64,000 bases of DNA from the human T2T-CHM13v2.0 reference genome, Homo sapiens. The stretch lies in the NCBI RefSeq assembly GCF_009914755.1, contig NC_060930.1; one strand, written 5' to 3'. Positions 12,351 to 28,924 of the stretch are shown here, piece by piece. The translations under genes were made by a program, and so were the position numbers. The first letter of the stretch is position 1. Each line of letters begins with the position of its first letter. A model generated the notes under the pieces. The model ran no database searches. It worked only from the letters and a program-made list of their open reading frames with translations, and was not told the origin of the DNA.

Positions 12351-12719
12351 CCTTTGCACCTTCCTGCCAGCTCATCATCCAGGTCTATCTTGTTCCTTTG
12401 CCGCATGCACAAGTTAACGAAGAGCAGGCCCCTGTCTACCCGCTGCACCATCCTCTCTCTCTTCAGCCCTCGCAGTCTGGCTCTAACCCTCCTTTGTGTG
12501 GAAACCCAGAGGTCCGGTGACCATTGCTATAGCTGAGGCATTGCTCTGTCTTCTGTTTGTCAACCTTGACATCACCAAGAACCTCTAAGCACCCCACAAG
12601 CCTGCTGCCCTGGGCTTCGTGACTCCATTTTGTACTTTCTTGCCTCACTCCAACTTTGCCAACTTGTTTGGTGTCTTTTCTTGACTCTTCTTCCTACTCT
12701 CTCCAGACTGGCTCAATTT
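12192..12719 (-). pseudogene. fossil exon with degenerate RGS repeat
   Basis: AAG acceptor (phase 1, matching the previous exon); GAT|GTAAGT donor; translation ...RERMVQRV...KIDLDDELAGR...IFVCLLFKYF resembles recalled RGS22 LQIDI...IFGVLFKFW. Confidence 0.5.
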
Positions 12720-12789
12720 CTTTTAAGAAATCAGAGAATTTCAGAATCATAAGAAATCTAAAAAGTTATCTGGTTCAATAGCGATCCAC

Positions 12790-13180
12790 TGTCTCCTCCA
12801 CTGCCGCCACAGTGTCTCTGGCTGGTGCCACCCTAGGCCCTGCAGTGCTGGCGGTGGGCTCTCCCTGCCCCATGTGCCCTTCAGCGCACCTTTATGTGGC
12901 CCGATGTCGGGGAGCGCCTATTCATTCCATCCACACTGCCTTCCCATGGCTCCTTTTGCTCTGCCCTGTGAGATCCTCCCTGGCCCCTGCACCATCACCC
13001 CAGACTCTGAAGGCTCTCACCTCTCCCTGATCTCCCCCTACAACCCTGAGGTTTCCTCTCTCCAGATAACAGCCCAGTTTCTTCACCTGCAATTCATTAA
13101 ATATGCTTTCTTTTTCTCCATTCTCCTGTCACTGCACCCATTCCAATTTACCCATCCGTAAACTCTGAATTTTGCTTGCC
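12790..13180 (+). mobile_element. L2 fragment
   Basis: ccactgtctcctccactgcc...ccacactgccttcccatggctcc...cctggcccctgc L2-like. Confidence 0.45.
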
Positions 13181-13349
13181 TCGAAGAATCTGCACACAAT
13201 AGAGCAGAGTGCTCACCACTCCAGTTCTGGAGCAGACACAGTTGGAGGTAGGTCCTCAGCTAGAATGAGGTCCCAGGAGCTAAGTTATTGGGTAGCTAAT
13301 GCGGAAAAGTAGTGTTCTACCTGACATAGAATAGATCGATGATGACAAA

Positions 13350-13570
13350 CTGATGGCCGCTGGCTGGCTGACTGACTGCTTAGGTGGCTGACTGGAAGGC
13401 TGGCTGGCTGGATGGATAGATATGGATGGATGGATGGATGGATAGATGCATGGATGGATGGATATGGATACATGGATGGGTGGATGGATATGGATGGATG
13501 GATGGATGGATGGGTCGATGGGGGGATGGATATATAGATAGGTAGATAGATATATAGATAGATTGGATTC
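13350..13570. repeat. compound tetranucleotide microsatellite (GGCT/GGAT/GATA)n within MIR
   Basis: Direct inspection. Confidence 0.95.
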
Positions 13571-14196
13571 ATACATAAGAAACAATGTCAGAATCACAGA
13601 TAGGCAAAATAAGTTGTTTACTGAAGTGTGCAGAAAGCTGACCAGAAACAGTAAATGTGAGTTTGAACCTAGGTGCTCCACGTGGGCGTGGAGTTTGTCC
13701 CACTGCAGTTATGAGTAAGATGTGAGGGGCAGTCACTTCTTGTCGTCCTGACCACGTGGTTGTGCCATATCTTGGTCCAGTTCTCTGCTTCTCCATCTGT
13801 TTTTCTCAAACCCTTTACCACACTCTGAAATTATCCCTTTTGACTTCCTTTTTTTTTCTATACCCCAACCCCACTCCTGGGAAGGCAATTGTCTTGTTCA
13901 CAGTAGTAGCCCAGTACCTGGCATGTAGTAGCAGCTCAGTGAGTATTGGTTGGACGTGTAAGCGGTTTAATAAATTGATACATTCTGTGCACACACAGAG
14001 GAGGGTGCACTCACACGGCGAAATTAAAAATGCAAAGGCATAAGCAGCTTTGCTGGTGTTGTCGCGCCATCGTGTGGCCTTTTTGACTATTGCAGCTACA
14101 GGCTCATGGCTGTATTTATACCATGAGGATAATAACCTGTTTGCCTCGATTGCTGGTGGGATGAAGTCAGAGGCTGATAGGACTTACTGCACTCAC

Positions 14197-14317
14197 CTGC
14201 TTCTCCTGTACCTATCTTGCTATCCTTGTGCTCTCGTTAGAGCTGATGTTTCTCGAGGTGCACGTTTGGCTTCTGCTTTTTCTCATTGTGAAGTATTTGT
14301 TGATCCATTACACCTGG
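14197..14317 (-). pseudogene. fossil exon (121 nt), PGVMDQQILHNEKKQKPNVHLEKHQL*REHKDSKIGTGEA
   Basis: TTGCAG acceptor, CAG|GTGAGT donor; phase 0 to 1 fits both neighbours; single TAA. Confidence 0.55.
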
Positions 14318-15117
14318 CTGCAAATGACTACTAATTCCAAATCTCAATCCCCAAGTTCACATTCCTTATATCAGCATTTAAAGTGACAAAGCTCTCTAAA
14401 CATTGCTTCAGCTGCATCCCACAGATTTTAATATGTTGGATTTTTGTTGTCATGCATATCAAAATATTTGCTAGTTTCCCCTTGATTTCATTTTTGGCCT
14501 ATGAACTATTTAGAAGTGTGTTCTTTAATTGTCAGATATTTAAAGTGTTTTTCTAGATATCTTGTTACTAATTTCTAAATAAATTCCATTGTGTTCAGAA
14601 AATATACTTTGCAGGACTTCAGTGCTTTTAATGAGGCTTGTTTTATGTCCACCAGCTTGTCTGTGTTAGCAAATGTATTACGTGCATTGGAAAAAAAATG
14701 TGTATTCTGCAGTTGCTGAATGTAGTGTTCTATAAATAGCAATGAGATAAAAGTGGTTGGTTGTGTTGTTCAGGTCGTCCCTGTCTTTACTGATTTTTTG
14801 TCAATTTGTTCTATCAATTGCAGAAAGAGATATATTAAAAAATTCTTAGTTATAATTGTGAAGTTGTCAGTATTTCCTGGTTCTTTTCATTTTGCTTTAT
14901 GTATCTAAGGCTGTGTATTAAGCACATGCACATAGTTAATTGCTAAATCTTCTTGACGAATTGTCACTTTATGATTATGATAATGAAATGTCTCTAGTAA
15001 CGCTCTGATACTACATTTGCCACTCCAGCCTTTTATCCATGTCATTTGCTCATGGTATGTCTTTTCTGGTCCATTTCTTTCAACCTACCTTTGTCTTCAT
15101 ATTTAAAGCATGTCTTT

Positions 15118-15421
15118 TACTTTCTTTTCTTTTCCTTTTTTTTTTTTTTTTTTTTTTTGAGACAGAGTCTTACCTGTTGCCCAGCGCTCACTGCAACCTC
15201 TGCCTCCGGGGTTCAAGTGATTCTCATTCTCCTGTTTCAGCCTCCCAAGTAGCTGGAATTACAGGCACCTGCCACCACGCGGAGCTAATTTTTGTATTTT
15301 TAGTAGAGATGGGGTTTTACCATTTTGGTCAGGCTGGTCTTGAACTCCTGACCTCAGTTGATCCACCAGCCTCGGCCTCCCGAAGTGCTGGGATTACAGG
15401 TGTGAGCCACTGTGCCCGGCC
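15118..15421 (-). mobile_element. AluS with small right-arm deletion
   Basis: TSD taaagcatgtct flanks both ends. Confidence 0.92.
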
Positions 15422-16113
15422 TAAAGCATGTCTCTTGTAGTCAGCATATAGTATGCTATTATTTTTTATCCATGCCAACAATCGCTGGCTTTTGATTAGC
15501 ATGTTTAGACTATTAACATTTACTGTAAGTACGAATATGGTTGGTTTAGGACTTCCATTTTATTACTTATTTTCCATTTGTTCCCTCCACTTTGGTTTAC
15601 TGGATCCCCGTTTCCTCCTTCCTTTTGGATAATTTAATTTTTTTAGTATTTCATTTTAATTCATCTATGGACTTTTCAGCTACATCCTATACATGGTTTA
15701 GGGTTTGCTCTATAGGTTAAAATATGCATAACTAATTTTTCACATTTGACTTAGAGTTAACTTGTCTCACTTTAAGTAAAACAAAGAAAACTTGCAGACA
15801 TATTGGACCCTCTACCACTACCACCCGCATTGACCTGTATGCTATAGATGTCATAGATTATGTCTACACACATTGAAAACCCCACCAGGCAGTATTATAA
15901 TTTTTGATTTTAATAGTCATAAGTATTTGAGAGAAGTTCAGAGGAAAAAAATATTATCCTAGCTATTTATCGTTGACTTCCCTTTATTACTGAAAAGCCA
16001 AGTTTCTCTCAAGTGTCATTTTTCTGCAGCATGAAGAACTTCATTTTGCATTTCTCGTAGAGTGGGTCTGCAGGTGATGTTTTCTTATTTTCTTTCATCT
16101 GAGAATATCTTGA

Positions 16114-18660
<2,547 letters not shown>

Positions 18661-19469
18661 GCATTTCTCCAAATAAAATATAGAAACAGCCAATGAGCAT
18701 ATGCAAAATTAATCAGTAAGGATATACAAACAAAACCATAATGATATACTGCTTCACATCTGCTAGGATGGCTAAAAAAATTTTTAAGACAATAACAATT
18801 GTTGGTGAGGATATGGATAAATTAAAACCCTCATACATTGCTGAAGGGATTGTAAAATGATGCAGCAACTTTGGAAGCATTTTGGCAGTTCTTCAAAACA
18901 TTAAATATGCAGTCACTATACGACCCAGTAATTCTTCTCTTAAGAATATATTCAAGAGAAATGAAAATAAATATCCACATAAAAAGTTGTGTGCAAATGT
19001 TTATAGCAGCATTATTCCAAAAAGCCAAAAGGTAGAAACAACCAAAATGTCCATTGGAGGATGAATGGGAAAAGAAAACGTGGAATCCATACAGTGAAAT
19101 GGAAAATAAAAAGGAATGAAATACTGATACGCACTGCAACTTGGATGAATTTTGAAAACATTACGTTAAGTGAGAAAAGCCAATGACAAAGTACCACATA
19201 CTGTAAGATTCCACTTATTTAAAATGTCCAGAATAGACAACTCTATAAACATAGAAGACAGATTCGTGGTTTCCAGGGGATAAGGGAAGATGGAATGGGG
19301 AGTGATTGCTAGTGTGTATGAAGTGATGAAAATATCGTAGCATTAGATAGCAGTGCTGGTTGCACAACCTTGAATATACTAAAAACCATTGAATTGAACA
19401 TGTAAAGAGGGTTAATGTATTGTATGCGAATATTATCTCAATAAAGCAGTTATTTTTCACCTATCGGAA

Positions 19470-20130
19470 TGGTAATGTCTAGTGGTAGTGCTGACGAGAG
19501 TGTAGGTAAGAAGGTATTCTGCATGCTGAAATGGGTTGTGCAAATTGGTACAACCTCTTTCAGGGTCAGTTTTGTAGTTTTTATTAAATGTAATATGCAT
19601 ATACCCTTTGGCCCAGAATTTCCAATTCTAGGAAAATATTCTACTAGTAAAATTCATATATATACACAGTAAAGATTTGGTAGATCTTTGTGTGTTAATA
19701 TAAAATGATCTTTAAGATATTTTGTTGGGCTATAAAAATTTGAATAAAGTCTATACAATATATCTTATTCTAATTTTTGAATAAGGTCTATAATATTTTT
19801 CCAATGTTAATTTCCAGATTTTGATTGCTATCGCATGATTGTATGAGTTGTTAACATGAAGGTAAGCTGGTGAAGGATATATGGGAACTCTGTGCTATTT
19901 TTGTAAATGTAAGATTATGCAATATAAAACTAAAATACCATAATAACTTTGGTAAAAATATGTATGTTGTGAAAATATAGCTATTTGAATGGAAATGAAC
20001 ATCCAATTCAAGAGAATGGTTTCCTGCGCATCATGAGTGGGGCGAATAGAATGAGAGAGGTGTACAGTAGTGATTTCAACTATACTTGCAATATTTCACT
20101 TTTCAAACTTCATCATATATAGTCAGGTGT
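19470..20130 (+). mobile_element. L1ME/L1MC 3' fragments
   Basis: aaatgtaatatgcatataccctttggcccagaatttccaattctagga etc. Confidence 0.55.
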
Positions 20131-20813
20131 TTATTACATAATTCTTTGAAATTTTCATATAAAAGGAAAATACACACACACAAAAGGCAATAAAAATTGT
20201 TGCAACCAATGTCGTGAGTCTGTGAATAGTGAATACCTGAATCCATCTAAGGTCCCATGATTGAAGCTGCTGCTTTGAAAACCTCGACAGTGTTAGTACT
20301 TTCATTTGCTGCACAAAGGCACATTTTACTTCACTGCTGGATGGATCCAAAGGGGAAAATATTCCTGCGAGGATGCTGTTCTGTCACTGGACGGAAGGCA
20401 AGGGAGTCCGAGAGTGTGGAGAAAGAAAGAAAATCCTTCAACAACTGTGCCTTCCGTGACTAGAGCCGTTCTCATTTTTACAGGGAGACGCCATCTGCCC
20501 ATTCAGGAATGTGCGGTGAGACTCTCTCCTTGGGCTCTGCACACCACCGTGAACATTTTGTCAGCACGGGTGACTCATAGCTTACACGGAAAACAGTAGC
20601 CTGTCCCTAGCAACCACACATCGTCTTTTCCCCAGACATTTCCAATTTCTCTGCACTCCTATGGAGACTGTTTTCTTCTTGCTTCACTCTTTCTGTGACA
20701 TAAGACAGAAATTTTCACAGCTCTTCCACACCATGGGTGTATATGGACTGAACCAGCATAACAGCAAATAAACGGTGGTGGACCCAGGTACTGGAAATAG
20801 CCAGACCACTTAC

Positions 20814-20971
20814 CTTAAGGGAAAATGTACCAGGAAGAACCTTAGTGTCCAGCCAGCTTCTAGGAACTGCTTTTTGGTCTCCAAAGGATGGGGACCGGTG
20901 GTGGGCCAAGCAGCCTCGGGTGAGTGTGGCCTCCTGGTTCTCGATGCTGATACTGAACATGCAGTAAAACC
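20814..20971 (-). pseudogene. fossil exon (158 nt), (W)FYCMFSISIENQEATL...GTFSLK
   Basis: CTCACAG acceptor, AAG|GTAAGT donor; open in the phase 1 to 0 frame required by its neighbours. Confidence 0.55.
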
Positions 20972-21089
20972 CTGTGAGGGAGCACGATGGCTAGGAACAG
21001 CCGATTAGCAGATGAATGAGAATAAATGGGAGAAAGTGGAGCCTTTTCCAGCCAGTGTTCTTTAACAATGATCCTCACTGATTCGCTGC

Positions 21090-21600
21090 CACACACACGT
21101 CAGTCCTCGCCTCAAGATGAGCATATTGCTCGCCGTGGATTCCTCTCTCCTGTTGACGTCCTCTCTCTTCTCCTGTCTCGGTTTATCAACTACTTTTTCC
21201 CTTCCAATGGCCTTTCCCTTTCTCTCCTGTGCTGGCGGCTCCTTTCCTCTCTCTGATCTGCAAACGTGAGCCCTCTTTTCTGCACAGCCTCAGATTCCGC
21301 CTAAGAGATTCACCCATTCTTTGACTTTATGGCCCATTTATGCCTCAGTGATTCCCGAATGTGTATATCCAACTCAGGCCTCTTTAAGTGATTACTTGAC
21401 AAATCCATCTGAAAATCACACAGCTACATCCAACTTCACACATCTAAAATTGTCTCGTTCTAGCCCCAAATATGTTCTCCTCTCGTGTTCTCTCTCTTGG
21501 CGACTGGTGCCTCCATGTCCCTTCTTGCTCCCAACAGACATGGTGTCATTCTTCACGCCCCACATCGTCCCTCTCCTCATCCCCCTCATATCTTGTTCCT
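21090..21600 (+). mobile_element. L2 fragment
   Basis: ttcccgaatgtgtatatccaactcaggcc...tccaacttcacacatctaaaattg L2-like. Confidence 0.5.
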
Positions 21601-22929
21601 TTTTTGCAGCGACACCCCTCTGCTGGAGTGTCTGGCCCCAGGGCAGGCAGAAGGAGCTTCGCTTCCTGAGCATCCTGAACAAAGAGTTCAGTTGGAGATG
21701 GGACCGCCAATGTCACCTTACCAAGGAGAACAGAGAGCTGCAGCTGCCTCCATGGCAGCGATACCTCCAGGTCACTGTGGCAGCAGGAGTGACTGGGGCT
21801 GGAGAGAAATGACTGCCCCTGGGCTGCGGGACATTTGCACATTTGCAGTAGGAAGTGCAGAGGGCTTCATGCCCGAGAGCTGCTGAGGGAGCCAGGGGCA
21901 ATTCCTGGGGCAAGTGGGGATTCCAGGAGCCGTGGACCTGTGTTGTCCCTGAGCTCAGCACATCCAGTGCTTTGCTCAAGGCAGCAGGCCTCCGAGCCCA
22001 TGCTGCAGTTGCTTCTCTAATTACTTCCATCCACTTTCCACCTCCTCCCCTTAGGTAGGAAGTCCTGCCAGAGTCACAGCTGTGAGAAAAGTGGCACCTT
22101 CCTGAAACAGCTGAGTCAAGTCAGTCTTCTCATGACTTCATGTCTAATCCCTCATGTTTCTAATAGGAATGAAGGAGGGTAAACCATTTAGAAATAAAAC
22201 ATAAAGATTTATTTGCATGATGTCTCCATGAAACAGCTCCTTGGACTGTCTGTGGGAGGAAGAATGTTGCAGGAAGAGGACATGGCATGAACCGGCAAGG
22301 TTTTCCCCAAAATTCCAAGGGACACCAGGGGGCACAGAACTGGAAGTCAGGCAGCTGAGTCCTGGCTAGGAAGCAGTGGGACGTGACACCTGCCAAGTCT
22401 GAAGGGAGAGAAAGGAGGCCACAGGGCAGGGCAGCCAAGGAGCAGGCCGGACTCTCAGCCTCAGGAGCCCTTCAGGAGGGGGCCTTCGTGGGTCTCCAGG
22501 GTCTGCCAGCATGAGGGGCTGTGCCAGGCTGCACTCCTAGGGGCTCAGGAACCAAGCCCTTGTGTTACCAGAACGCTCAGACACGCTGCTACATCAATAT
22601 CTTCTGAAGGGGAGCTCTAGACTTATAGAAGTGGGAGATCAGGATGGCAGATATTAATGATCTGCCAATTAATATTAATTATGCCTCTCTAGTGAGCAAA
22701 TTCTGAGAAAGGTGTTTTCCTCATTGGCAAAATGGTTTAGGAAGCCCTTGACAAGGTTGTAATAGGAGTTAAAAATATGTGTGAACATATGTACGTGAAT
22801 ATGTATAGTATGTATGTGAATCGTGGGTATATATATATAAATATGTCAATGTATATTGTGCATGTATACATATATAAATGAGTTTATGTATATATGTATA
22901 TAATAAATACTTTTTAATAAATTTTTAAT

Positions 22930-24790
22930 AAAACTTTTTAAGAAATTTTTAATAAAAGCTTTATTGTGGTGTAAGTAACAGAACAAAGTGAATATATTTA
23001 AATTGCACAATTTTAGTTTGATGTATGCGTACTCCTGTGAAGTTGTCATCACAAATCCAGAAAATGAACACACCCATCACACCTAGCATTTCCTCTTACC
23101 CCTCAATGCATCTCTCCCTCCCAACCTCTCATCCTGCAAGTGACTGCAGACGTGGGTTCTTAACTGAATATTAGTTTGTATTTTACATACTTTTATATAA
23201 TTATAATAATACACTGTACTTCTTATTGTCTGGCTTCTTATACTTAGCATAATTATTGTGAGATTATTCAATATGGTGACATGTATCAATAGTTTGTTTC
23301 TTTTTATTACTGAGCAGTATTCCATTGTGTGGATATACCAAAAGATACTTACCCATTTACCTGCTGAGAAACATTTGGGCTATTTTCAGTTGTGGCTATG
23401 ACAAAGCCTTTTTGAACATTTGTGTGCCAATATTTCTGTGTAATAAAATTTTCATTTCTCTTGAGTAAATATCTAGGCATGGAAAGCCTGGGCCATATGA
23501 TAGATATCTCTAATTTTTTTCAAAAAATGCCAAACCTTTTCCAAAGTAGATGGACAATTTTACATTGCTACTGCCAGTATGTGAGACTGGTGCTCCACAC
23601 TTTGCCAACACTTAGTATGATTAGTCTTTTAAATTTTAGCTATTATGGTAGGTGTTTAGTGGTTTCTCATTGTAGTTTCAGTTTGCATTTTCATATTAAT
23701 TAATTATGTTGCACATATTTTCATTTTCTTGTTATCTAGTATATCTTATCTTGTGAAGTGTGTTAAAATCTTTTACCATATTTTGATTTTCTTAAAATTT
23801 AGTAGTGAGAATTCTCTACATATTGTGTGTAGGTACAAGCCCTTTGTTGTATATATATTTTATAAATATTTTCTCCTAGTCTGTTGCTTGCCTTTTTATG
23901 TTCATAACTGTGTGTTTTAAAAAGCAAAAGTTTTAATTTTAAGGAAGGCAAATTTATTGAGTTTTTTGTATTCTATAGTTGTGGCTTGGAGGTCCTTTAA
24001 AAACTACATTTGCCAAATCCAATCTCACTCAGATTTTCTCCTCTGTTTTCTTCTGGAAGTTTTATAGTTTTTCTATTACATTTTGGCCTATTACCTATTT
24101 CCAGTTGATGTTTTAAATGGTGAGAGGTAAGGGTCTATGTTTTGGGTCAGTCTGTTTGTTTTTCATTTGGCTACCCAATTGTCCCAAAACCATTTGTTGA
24201 TGAGATTATTCTTGAGTTGCTTTGACCACTTTGTCAAAAATCAGTAGAGCATAGGCATGTGGATCTATTTCTGCAGTTTCTAGTTAGTTGATCTCTTCTT
24301 CTATCTTTTTACCATACAGCTTTGATTAATGTAGTTCTAAAATATAGCTGGGCATGGTGGTACATGCCTGTAGTTTCAGCTACAGGAAGGAAAATCACTT
24401 GAGCCCAGGAGTTCAAGACTGTAGTGGGCTATGACAGCACCTATGAATGGATGCTGCACTCCAGCCTGGGCAACATAGGGAGAATCCATCTCTAAACAAA
24501 ATAATAATGACAATAATAAAACATGTCTTGAAATCATACAGGACAGGTTTTCCAACTTTATTCTTTTTCAAAGTCATTTTGGCTATATTAGGTTGTTTGC
24601 ATTTCCACTTAGGTTTTAGAATTAGCTTCTTAACATTTGTCAAAAAAAGACTGCTGGGATTTGATTGGAGTAGACTTGAATCTATAGATCAATTTGAAGG
24701 GAAATGACATGTTAATAATATTGTCTTCTAATTAATAAACATAATACATCTCTTCATGTGTCTAAATCTTTTACTTTTCTTAGGAATGCT
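22930..24790 (-). mobile_element. L1M 3' portion containing an Alu monomer (24347-24510, +)
   Basis: L1M 3' UTR antisense (tattccattgtgtggatatacca); monomer agctgggcatggtggtacatgcctgtag. Confidence 0.8.
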
Positions 24791-25159
24791 TTGCAGCAAG
24801 ATATTACAAATAAGATAAATGCCCACAAGTAAGTAATATAAATTATAATGCATGATGTTATATCAGGTGAGAGACATATATTACTAGGTAAAATGGAAAA
24901 CCCAAATTACAGCAGATTAAACAGATTGAATTTTGATTTTCTCTGATGTAGAAGTCTTGAAGGAGAATGTCCAAGGCTTGTATGAAAGATCCATGATGGT
25001 GTCAGGGGCCCAGGTCTTTCTGTATTTCTTGTCTGTCAACCTGACTACATGGCTTCCATTCATGATCAAAGACACTGCTCAAACTATTATCAATTCATCC
25101 ACAATACAGACAGAAATTCAGAAGAGGGTGGTGGGTGGGAGGAAAACTGCTTAAAACAC

Positions 25160-26010
25160 AGTGGGAGAAGTTTAGAACTCAATTAAGCAAGCAAAGTGGG
25201 AAAGAATAATCATTTAAAGAAATAAAGAAAAAAAGGATGCATTCAACTGACATGCCAAGAAGATCCAACAGATGCAGAACAGATATTCCCAAAGGGAGAA
25301 TGAAGATCACAGAACAGAGCGTCAAGCTATAAACTGTAAAGAAATAAGCTACAAGTTATAAATAAACTAAAGAAATAAAAGCTTGTTCTTTAGATAGAAA
25401 AGTCCACTGTAACCATTAAAAAATTGACAGAGAACAATCCACAAGTTACTGAGAAGTTACTGAGAAGCAATAGCAAAGAAAAAAAACCTTTTGACATCCA
25501 GACAAAACAGGCTAAGTCACCTGTAAGAGAAGAATACCTGTGGCCCCAGAATGATTCCTAGAAGCATTCCTTCCCACACGTCAGCTGAGCAATGTCTACA
25601 GATTCTCAAAGACAGAAGAAAATTCAGCATACGGCCAGTGAGTTTTTCTGTTCAGCTAAATTGTTGTTTAAGTGTAAACGGATAAAATATAAGGTATAAA
25701 TAGATAGTAATAAAAGTAACTGTCTAAATAAAATACAAATGTCCAGTTTACTAAGCCTATACACATAAAACAATAAAAACAGAGATTAGTCTAGTGAAAA
25801 ACAAGTTGTAAATAAGCAATGAAAATAGTAAATGTAAGTAAAAGTCATGATAAAATGAATACTATCTTTCACAACAATAAATGCAATTGAACTAATCTCA
25901 TATTTCAAAGAAAGTCTCTCAAACTGGATCAAAAGGCAAAACCATATATATGCAATTTTTTAAGAAATGCTTAAGATAGAACATACCTGAGAAACTGGTA
26001 ACAGGAGTTT
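25160..26010 (+). mobile_element. ancient L1M/HAL1 ORF1-region fragment
   Basis: A-rich; agatccaaca...attccc and ataaatgcaattgaactaatctcatatttcaaag patterns. Confidence 0.45.
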
Positions 26011-27622
26011 CAGCTGAAGAATAGGATCACAGTTTGAAGTGAGACAAGAATTTTTTGCCCCACAAATTATACTATATATTAAAAGATCTTAATTTTTATG
26101 TTTTCATGACCAGGAAGGTACTCCCAGGCATTAGTGGGGCCTATCTGGGAAAGGGGTTTAAATTCAAATTATTTTTAAAACACTGTGTGATGAAACCAAA
26201 TATTTTTGCAGGTCAGAAACACAGGTCAAGAGTTTCTAATCCTGATGTTGCTACTTAAAAGAAAAAAGTTTTCACATAGGAGGCAAAGGAAGTCAAGTGC
26301 AGTTGTAGTAGTGGGGGCTGTGAATTCCCAAGGCCATGCGAAGGTTTTTGGAGGAACTAGGACAAGAAAGGGCTGTGAAGAATGGGTAGAGGTGGGCAGC
26401 CAAGGATAGTGGGAGGCAGAAAGAGCAGCAGGGCCTTGCATCCTGGTCATTGAAGTTCAATGTGTGTCCATCCTATTACACTGAGAGCTTCCTACCATTA
26501 ACTCTGCAGCTGCCGCTGCATTTTATACTTAGAAAAACATGTCACAGGAAGTCATCATGTCATGGAAAATCATCAACTTTGGATTCAGGTGAGTGCAAAT
26601 TCGACCCCAACCAATGACTGCAACCATTGCAGCCAAATTCAACCCGTACCAATGGCTGCAAACAGAACACAGCTTAATTGTTAACTCCTAACAATTAAGC
26701 TGTTTGGCTTCTCCCAAATATATCAAGATATGGGAACTATTGAGGGCAATACATCTGTATCGTGGTGTGTATTTTTAGGACTTCATATTTACCATTCATA
26801 GTTGCCATAGAATTCAGGCTGGAGGAAAGGCTTCAGCCCAGGTGCTGGTCAGGCATCCTCTCTCCATGCGCTGTGCCCCACCTCATCCGCCCTCGCTATG
26901 TCTTTACTTTCACTTTCCATCGATTCAATTTTTTGGAAGATTTTTCTTTAATCTGATATAGCATCCAAATAAGGTGGCAGAACAGGAGAACCACCATTTG
27001 CTTGTGGATAGTTACCTTTGCAAGCCATGGAACCATCTGTTTGCCTTAGGTGCCCTCAGGACAGACCCATGAACTTCATGAATAGCCAAGCCTGCAAGAA
27101 CACACACACTGCCTGTTTGCCTCATCAGGAGGGAATGTGCTCAGAGTCAGGACTGCAATAAGGAAGATTCATATATCACCCTCGCCTTGACATTCTTGAT
27201 CTAAGGCCACCCCACTGCCCCAGCACAATGATTAAAACTGCCAGTTGCATCTAATTAAAAGTAGTGGGACCTAAGAGCTGCTCTGGAAACATGGAAAACC
27301 CATCTTAATGACCACTAACTAGCTGCATTTTCTTTCTGAAAGTTCCATCCAAACTCTTTATGAAATGTCACCATGACATGGGGCAAAATATTCACACCAA
27401 TGCCACAGATTTGTTCTGATGGGAGAATCTTATATCCACCCAACTTTCAACTAGCCAGACAGAAAGCACTGTGTAAGCATTGGGGGACTTTGGCCTCACA
27501 TCTCATAAACAGAACACAGCCCAGCCTCCAGCGCTGGAAGGCAGAACTACCCCTATGGTGCTGGCACCTGGGCTGAACACTCACAGAGAAACCAGTGGTC
27601 AAAATCCTGTGGCTACACTTAC

Positions 27623-27794
27623 ACGAAGTTGGAAAGTTCTCCAGGAAATATGATTCTATCACATCTTCAGAATACTTAAAATCTTTTCAGTGAAGTTCAA
27701 TGTCATCCACTGGAAATTGTTTTCAAATGTGTTATCCATGACATTAATTTATGATGATGAAGAAATGATGTCTTTTCAGAATAGCATTTTAAAC
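27623..27794 (-). pseudogene. fossil exon, second half of an RGS domain
   Basis: CTAG acceptor (phase 2, matching the previous exon); CGT|GTAAGT donor; (R)FKMLF*KDIISSSS*INVMDNT then frameshifted KDFKYSEDVIESYFLENFPT fits RGS 'EINID' and 'F..AQ..V..L....YP.F'. Confidence 0.55.
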
Positions 27795-28619
27795 CTAGAT
27801 GTGTGTTAAGTTTTGAGCAGTTGAGTCAGGTGTCATGCTGTCTGAAACATATATTGTCACATTGTAAGGAGTAGTATTGTTTAAGAATAGTGTAGAAATG
27901 ATGCTAAAATAATCCAGATGAACCCAACCATGTAACTTTGATTTAGTCACACTAGTGGTGAGAGACCACGGTAGGCAGTAACTAGCTGTGAGTATCCTGG
28001 GCACGACGTACAGGAACAACCATAGACTTTTGAAACAGATTTGCCTGGGTTTTAATTTCCATATTCCTCTGGTTATGTAAGCGTGACAAGCGTCTGAAAC
28101 CTTCAAGCTCCAGGCTGACTATGAACGTAGAGCTTCCAACACCTATCCCATCAAGGTTGTTGTGGTGGAAAATAGCTATGGGAAGACATTTCATGGCATA
28201 AAATCGTCCCGTTGATTTTCCTCTTTCCTCCCTAGTTTTCTGAAGTTCACATCTGGAATTTTGGAATATGCTGTCTCCTAGAGGCCCCACTGTTTCTGCT
28301 CTATAAAAATACACATAGTAACAGCACCTGTCTCAATGAGTTACTGAAGAGACAAAGTAAGAATGCATTATTAGAGACAGTCTCTGGCATAGACTGAGCC
28401 TTTAGATGCTAGCTATGGTCATCATGCTTGGTTAAGGTCCTGGCAGATTTTTTGAAGAGTCCATATGTATAATAGAAATAGAATATGAAGTTGTGGCAGA
28501 AAAATTTGGAAAGACACAGGAGATAAGTTAGTAAGGGAGAAACAAAGGGGAAAATATTCATTTGATGAAAAGAAACTAAAGTAAATAGAAGCAGGGCATA
28601 GATAGGAGGGGAGGAACTT

Positions 28620-28924
28620 GGCCAGGGGCGGTGGCTCACACTTTCAGCACTTTGGGAGGCCAGGGAGGGAGGATCACTTGAGCTCAGGAGTTTGAGACTA
28701 GCTTGGGCAACATGGTGAAAACTTGTTGCTACAAAATGAAAATTTAAAAATTATCTGGGCATGGTAATGCATGCCTGTAGCCCCAGCTACTCAGGAACAT
28801 GAGGTGAGAGGATCGCCTGAACCCAGGAATCAAAGCTGCAGTGAGCCGTGATCTCACCACGGCACTCCAGCCTGGTAGACAGAGGGAGAACCTGTCTCAA
28901 AAAAAAAAAAAAAAAAAAAAAAAA
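28620..28924 (+). mobile_element. AluJ
   Basis: ggatcacttgagctcaggag J-type; poly-A tail; gaactt TSD remnant. Confidence 0.9.

Noticed and set aside
13280-13681. His/Pro/Ser-rich ORFs (also the low-complexity ORFs at 40367-40811)
   Set aside because: Translations of microsatellite or polypurine tracts.
15039-15440. Alu-derived ORFs here and at 49742, 57804, 58615 and elsewhere
   Set aside because: Typical antisense-Alu translations.
20814-20971. CMFSISIENQEATLTRGCL resembles a TGF-beta receptor or Ly6 three-finger ectodomain
   Set aside because: No downstream CC..CN box or other receptor exons; better explained as a linker exon of the RGS-like fossil, or chance.
21321-22058. Dense overlapping ORFs in a GC-rich stretch
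   Set aside because: Partly L2-derived, with no recognisable protein motif or splice-bounded exon; expected from low stop density.
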